IMG/VR virus record: IMGVR_UViG_3300032325_000464 | Coordinates: 13,958 to 77,957 of that record | Length of the DNA stretch: 64,000 nucleotides | Direction: 5' to 3' (one strand) | Source: a virus | Shown here: positions 59,340-64,000 of the stretch, in pieces | Layout of the letters: each line of letters opens with the position of its first letter | Numbering within the stretch: position 1 is the first letter of the stretch | Notes under the pieces: generated by a model | What the model was told of the DNA's origin: nothing | What the model saw: only the letters and a program-made list of their open reading frames with translations | Databases searched by the model: none | Position numbers and translations under genes: made by a program

Positions 59340-60028
59340 TGGACTACGTCTATATCTGTCGTAAGGGAGATAACGAAGAGCTTCGATACTCCATTAGATC
59401 TGTTGTTGACCATATGCCGCCAGGAAACATTTGGCTAGTGGGGAACAAGCCAGCCTGGTATGTTGGAGACTTTATTCCAGTACAGGATGTTGGCGGAAAG
59501 TTTGCCAACATAACCAATGCAATATCAGCTGCTGCAAACAGTGATCAAATCTCAGATAAATTTGTATTGATGCATGATGATTTTTTTGCTATTAAACCAG
59601 TTAAAGATATTACAATTATGCATAATGGGTTTTTATTAGATAAAATTAAAGAATATAGAGAGCTGGACCCTGGATCTAGATATGCCGAAATACTTTTTGA
59701 GGCATATGAGTACCTGATAGGAATGGGAATTAGTGATCCACTAGACTATGACATTCACCTACCAATGATTATGAACAAAAACAATTTAAAAACTGTTGTA
59801 AACAAAACCAATGCACCAATGTCAGTATACGGAAACATTTTTAATGTTGGTGGGCAAAGGGTTAGGGATGTTAAGATATACCCCAAGCATAGTAAGTTTA
59901 AAAAAAGATCTCATGATATTTTTAATAGTGACTCTCCTTTTGTATCTTGTCAAGATAGTTCTTTTTCCGATTTGCACAGAACGATACTTAACAAAATGTT
60001 TATAAATAAAACTATTTACGAAAATTAA
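59339..60028 (+). CDS. Stealth-like sugar-phosphate transferase
   Basis: DYVY...DNEELRYSIRSV...FVLMHDDFF...H.P Stealth CR1/CR2-like motifs; GTG start overlaps the gmd stop. Confidence 0.65.
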   Translation: MDYVYICRKGDNEELRYSIRSVVDHMPPGNIWLVGNKPAWYVGDFIPVQDVGGKFANITNAISAAANSDQISDKFVLMHDDFFAIKPVKDITIMHNGFLLDKIKEYRELDPGSRYAEILFEAYEYLIGMGISDPLDYDIHLPMIMNKNNLKTVVNKTNAPMSVYGNIFNVGGQRVRDVKIYPKHSKFKKRSHDIFNSDSPFVSCQDSSFSDLHRTILNKMFINKTIYEN

Positions 60029-60048
60029 GAAACATTATATCATCTTTG

Positions 60049-60121
60049 TCCCCTCGGCAGGAATCGAACCTGCGACCAAGAGATTAGAAGGCTCTTGCTC
60101 TATCCACTGAGCTACGAAGGG
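60049..60121 (-). tRNA. tRNA-Arg(UCU)
   Basis: Cloverleaf; anticodon loop CTTCTAA; GGTTCGATTCC T-arm. Confidence 0.93.
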
Positions 60122-60128
60122 AAGTCGG

Positions 60129-60201
60129 TGCTCCCAGTAGGACTTGAACCTACGGCCTACGGATTAAAAGTCCGCAGCTCTACCAACTGAGCTATAGGAG
60201 C
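60129..60201 (-). tRNA. tRNA-Lys(UUU)
   Basis: Cloverleaf; anticodon loop CTTTTAA. Confidence 0.93.
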
Positions 60202-60207
60202 CAAACA

Positions 60208-60825
60208 TTATAAAGAAGGCCTTTGACAAATTTTTAGCATTGCTTGATACTTTTCATTCGCTTCATCAAACAAGGAGTCTTCAAATTCATAATCTAAAAG
60301 TTCTTTGTAAAAGTTTGTATTTACAACACTCCAAAAAGTTGGATCTGCATCTTTTGGCATTGGCTTTAATACAAAATTATCTGGAACTTTTAGCCCTAGC
60401 TTATTTACAATGTCAAAGAAGGCCCACTCTAAATAGTTAAAGTCATAAAAATTTATGTATTCTATGTTTTCATTAAATGAATCCAGTACTTTGCAGTACT
60501 CTTGCAAATTAGCTATAACTGACGCCTTTATGTTTTTATGGGCTCCAGGATTATTATACTCTGAGTGAGCAATACAAGAAAAGACCGTGTCCCTTGGATT
60601 TCTTATTATTACAATTTGAAAATAACTTTTATCTTTACGGATCTCACCCATTCTAGGTGGAATTTTTTGAACAATTTGGTGACCAATTAGCCTATTCAGG
60701 TTAAACCTAGTAAACTGAGTTCCACTTCTGGGAAAACTATTTATTGAAATATTCACAGTGGGAGGTTCCCTAAATTTTAATTGCTTTTGCAAAGACCACC
60801 CTTGATGCCATTTTAGATGCAGCAA
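60208..60825 (-). CDS. Sulfotransferase-like protein 4
   Basis: NSFPRSGTQF and IRNPRDTVFS; true start probably GTG 60756. Confidence 0.7.
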   Translation of the reverse strand: MLHLKWHQGWSLQKQLKFREPPTVNISINSFPRSGTQFTRFNLNRLIGHQIVQKIPPRMGEIRKDKSYFQIVIIRNPRDTVFSCIAHSEYNNPGAHKNIKASVIANLQEYCKVLDSFNENIEYINFYDFNYLEWAFFDIVNKLGLKVPDNFVLKPMPKDADPTFWSVVNTNFYKELLDYEFEDSLFDEANEKYQAMLKICQRPSL

Positions 60826-61366
60826 TAATTGCAGTTGGAGCAGAGATACCTAGAATTACTCCAGCCCACATCCTTGGCTCGCTCCAATCCCAGGACCAAA
60901 AGTCAAAAGAGTGGAAAGCATTTGCTAAAACAGCCAGCCCACCAAAAGCGATCATTCCAAGAATAGCTCCAAAAGTTTTTTCTGGCTTTCCCAGTTCTGT
61001 AATTCTAGATGCTAATACAAGATAAGCAACTAAGAACAAAAGATACATAAGCTCAATAAAGAAAAAGAATAGTCCAGCCATCCAGGTCTGAGATAGTCCA
61101 ACAAAAGCTGCTACAGATGTAATTCCATTAAAAGACACTATTGCTGAAGATACAAAGGCAAGTGAAACCCCCAATAGCCAAGCCCACAAAATTATTTTTT
61201 GATCTATCTGAATCTTTGGAGCTCTTTTTGACTCCTGGAACTCATAGAGTTTTCGCTTTTGATCCTCTACTCTATTTTTTGTAGCCTCTTCTGGGGACTC
61301 TACTGGCTTGTTCCTGGAATCCATGATGGCCCTTCTTCTGGGGCTAATACTGTCAAATGCACTCAT
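60770..61366 (-). CDS. Four-TM membrane protein
   Basis: Four hydrophobic helices; leaderless ATG 61366. Confidence 0.65.
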   Translation of the reverse strand: MSAFDSISPRRRAIMDSRNKPVESPEEATKNRVEDQKRKLYEFQESKRAPKIQIDQKIILWAWLLGVSLAFVSSAIVSFNGITSVAAFVGLSQTWMAGLFFFFIELMYLLFLVAYLVLASRITELGKPEKTFGAILGMIAFGGLAVLANAFHSFDFWSWDWSEPRMWAGVILGISAPTAIIAASKMASRVVFAKAIKI

Positions 61367-61421
61367 ATGAAAATTATAGCACAGTAAAGCAAAATACACA
61401 ATACCCAATTTCTGTGGGGGG

Positions 61422-61502
61422 TACTCCTGGTGGGACTCGAACCCACACGACTTTCGTCTCCAGATTTTAAGTCTAGTATGTCTGCCATTCCATCACAAGA
61501 GC
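61422..61502 (-). tRNA. tRNA-Leu(UAA)
   Basis: Cloverleaf with long variable arm; anticodon loop CTTAAAA. Confidence 0.9.
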
Positions 61503-61503
61503 G

Positions 61504-61577
61504 TACTGCGACTGGGACTTGAACCCAGATATTCCACCTTATAAGAGTGGTTCCTTGACCTATTAGGATATCGCAGA
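61504..61577 (-). tRNA. tRNA-Ile(UAU), atypical
   Basis: CCACT-CTTATAA-GGTGG anticodon arm; CTGGG-TTCAAGT-CCCAG T-arm; U:U at 1-72. Confidence 0.8.
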
Positions 61578-61578
61578 G

Positions 61579-61652
61579 TGGGGTGTGTGGGACTTGAACC
61601 CACGACCGACGGATTATGAGTCCGTTGCTCTAACCAGCTGAGCTAACACCCC
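61579..61652 (-). tRNA. tRNA(CAU), probably Ile2 (otherwise elongator Met)
   Basis: ACGGA-CTCATAA-TCCGT arm; lacks the initiator GGG/CCC stem and the 1-72 mismatch. Confidence 0.85.
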
Positions 61653-61669
61653 AAAGGTTGGCAACAGTT

Positions 61670-62606
61670 TTAGCTACAAAGCTTTCTTACTTCTGGGTAG
61701 TCCAGGTATCCTGGATGATCACTGAATAGATCATTAGCAAACTTAGCAATGTCATCCCAGTTTGCCAACATCTGTGACCAAACACCTAACGGGACTACAT
61801 CAACCCAGTTACCGTCGATATACATTGTAGGAACCTTTGTCCTATCAATAATCGTATAGCCCCACTGGAGACCACCTTCTTCATGCGGTGCGATCAGTAT
61901 CCCCTGTGGGTCTAGACGAAGCCCTATGCCACGTAGCTGACCTTCGATTGGCTGCTCATCCATTTTAATATTCTTTCTTATCGTGGCTTACACCATGCTT
62001 GTCATCAATATATTTGTGGATCTTACGCAATGCTACCGCTCTCGATACTACAAATCCGACAAGTACAAATACTGCATTCCAGAAAAATTCTGACACCATG
62101 TGCTCTAGCCCAAAGGTAACCTCAAGGATAGTGTCAAATACTGTCTCACCTTCGTGAGAGTGCTCTTCTAGTTCTGTTAGGATGTTCATTTATTTAACTA
62201 CGCTTTCTATACATTCATTTACAATACGGTGCCAAGCCAAAGCTGGGATCCACTCTACGTTAGAGGTAATGCCTCTAGCAGAATGTTTGTACCAAGTAAT
62301 ATTAATACCGCTAGGCTTATAGATAAAATTAGGGGGGCATGCGTCTTCGTGACTTTTAATAGCACCATCGCACCAACAATAAGTGCGCATAGTAAAAATT
62401 TTATTATCATATTCCTGATCTCCCTCATTAGATGTTAGCAGTGGGCCATAACCATACTTATCTTGTTTATGTCCTCGATGTTCTGCAATTACTTCTGCAA
62501 TTGCGTCTAGGCCACTTGTTGCCCAATCAGCTTCATGCTCAAGAGTTTTAGTGTTTGTTAAAAGTATTTGCCCAATTTCTGTATAGGCTGGTCCATGCAG
62601 TAGCAC
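61670..62606 (-). other. Three hypothetical ORFs (61670-61963, 61965-62189 membrane, 62190-62606)
   Basis: ORF track, tightly packed. Confidence 0.6.
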
Positions 62607-62612
62607 CTGCAG

Positions 62613-62903
62613 CTACTCATTAATTACGGCAAAGATGTCACGATATGCAATAATAAGATATTTCTTGCCATCGTGTTCGATTTCTGTGCCCTGGTATTTA
62701 GAGAAAATAACCTTGTCTCCGACCTCAACAGCAAGCTCCATAGTAGTGCCATCTGCGAACTTTGCACCCGAACCAACAGCAACTACGATAGCCTCTTGTG
62801 GCTTTTCATCGTCAGATCCTGCAATAATAAGACCAAAACTGGTAGTCTTTTCTTCTTTTTTAGGTAGCTCTAAAACTACCTTATCTTCTAGTGGTCTAAT
62901 CAA
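62613..62903 (-). CDS. groES: Co-chaperonin GroES
   Basis: IRPLEDKVV...T..GLII...EKPQ...VVAVGSG...VEVGDKVIFSKY.GTEI. Confidence 0.92.
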   Translation of the reverse strand: MIRPLEDKVVLELPKKEEKTTSFGLIIAGSDDEKPQEAIVVAVGSGAKFADGTTMELAVEVGDKVIFSKYQGTEIEHDGKKYLIIAYRDIFAVINE

Positions 62904-63087
62904 TCTTCATGTCCTTTACCTTTTGCATTATGGTCTTGATTGCATGCTCGTATACAATGTCTTCGCCTTTGTTTTTATAAAGCTCTCGCTCCAGCATGCT
63001 AACGATAGCATCAATTATAGATGCTGCACCAGTTTTCAGGCCGTCTTCGTACATAGGCATATAGTCTAAGTCTAGAATTCTACTCAT
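62896..63087 (-). CDS. Small hypothetical protein
   Basis: ORF track; leaderless start. Confidence 0.55.
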   Translation of the reverse strand: MSRILDLDYMPMYEDGLKTGAASIIDAIVSMLERELYKNKGEDIVYEHAIKTIMQKVKDMKID

Positions 63088-63170
63088 GTTTATATGATAC
63101 CTTAATTGTAGGGTGTTGTCAAGTGTTGTGGGCAGTTTATTCTCATGCCCAGGAGGCCATGACTAATAGA

Positions 63171-63590
63171 TTAGTTAATAGTAATCTTCTTAGGCTTCTT
63201 TTCTTCTGGAACATTCTTCCATAAATAGATATATAACATTCCATCTTCCATTTTTGCATCAGTTACTTCTAGGTGCTCTGGAAGGGTGAATGATCTTGAG
63301 AATTTACGAGCAGCAATTCCCTTATAGACATAGCCCTCACCATCCATAAAATTGCGTTCAGGCTTGTCACCAACGATGGAGAGAACTCCATTGTCAATAC
63401 TAATGCTAATGTCATCTTTTGAAAAGCCAGCTACAGCAAATTCTAAAAAGTATTCATCTGTTACTGAGCCATCGCCATACTTAATAATGTTGTATGGTGG
63501 GTATGTTGATTTTGTTGGTTGTGTAAATACCTTCTCAAATTCCTGAGCTAGGCTTACAAATGGGTCATTAAAAATAACCATATATATCAT
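63171..63590 (-). CDS. Small heat-shock protein (Hsp20/IbpA family)
   Basis: YPPYNI...LEFAVAGF...YKGIAARKFSRSFTL...A.MEDGML.I...PEEKKPKKI. Confidence 0.92.
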   Translation of the reverse strand: MIYMVIFNDPFVSLAQEFEKVFTQPTKSTYPPYNIIKYGDGSVTDEYFLEFAVAGFSKDDISISIDNGVLSIVGDKPERNFMDGEGYVYKGIAARKFSRSFTLPEHLEVTDAKMEDGMLYIYLWKNVPEEKKPKKITIN

Positions 63591-63688
63591 CTCCTATTAA
63601 GCGAGTTAATTGCCCCCAAATGGCAGGCATATATATTATAACATAAAACAGGCCACCTATTCAACTAGGTGACCTGCTATTTTATATG

Positions 63689-64000
63689 CTAATTACTTCT
63701 TTTTCCATTTTTTTTAGATTCTCCAAAACCAGGAACTGGATTAACAAGTTTTCCAGTTGGTTTCTTTTTTGCAGCCAAGTGGCTTACATCAAAGCTTGGA
63801 GGAGTCTCATCAACCACACCGTTATCTGGAGTTGCGTCTGGTGCAGAATCTCTTAGTTTTTCATAAGCCATAACAGCCTCAACAAACTCAATTGGGCTAA
63901 CAAATCCCTTACCGTTTAGATCCCAGCGATGAACCTTGCCTTCAACAATTTCAAAGTGTAGGTGTCTGCCTGCCGAAGCTCCAGTGTTTCCCATAATTCC
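63689..64000 (-). CDS. M23 peptidase (endolysin-like), 5' part beyond window
   Basis: GNTGAS.G.HLHFEI (M23 HxH motif). Confidence 0.8.
   Translation of the reverse strand, partial: GIMGNTGASAGRHLHFEIVEGKVHRWDLNGKGFVSPIEFVEAVMAYEKLRDSAPDATPDNGVVDETPPSFDVSHLAAKKKPTGKLVNPVPGFGESKKNGKRSN

Noticed and set aside
1-64000. Alternative genetic code or stop-codon readthrough
   Set aside because: Conserved genes are intact under the standard code and no suppressor tRNA is present.

Overview
64 kb of an AT-rich tailed dsDNA phage genome, siphovirus-like. The host is most plausibly an actinobacterium (inferred from leaderless promoters, an ELKPNGGSS membrane protein and the tRNA types). Positions 1-38,390 (mostly minus strand) hold the virion module: a >2,730-aa tape measure protein that runs off the window edge, two tail chaperones, major tail, neck/head-tail proteins, major capsid, prohead protease, portal and many fibre/collagen/Fn3/PASTA accessory proteins, with two interspersed 2OG-Fe(II) oxygenases and an NlpC/P60 hydrolase. 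At about 37.9 kb there is an oriC-like cluster of phased DnaA boxes. Positions 39.6-50.5 kb are an early-type region of small genes divided into units by ten co-oriented hairpin+GGGCGCGGCC elements and driven by 14 strictly spaced TGTC-N12-TANNNT promoters. Positions 51.5-64 kb hold accessory genes: four sulfotransferase-like proteins, a two-domain glycosyltransferase, gmd, a Stealth-like protein, five tRNAs, GroES, Hsp20 and a partial M23 peptidase. The best candidates for undescribed biology are (i) the repeat-delimited cassette array with host cell-cycle-regulator-like boxes, and (ii) a repeat-flanked insert in the tape measure protein carrying a DUF3626-like, possibly ADP-ribosyltransferase-fold, domain. 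No terminase, polymerase or integrase was recognised in this window. All family assignments come from motif recognition by eye, not from database searches.
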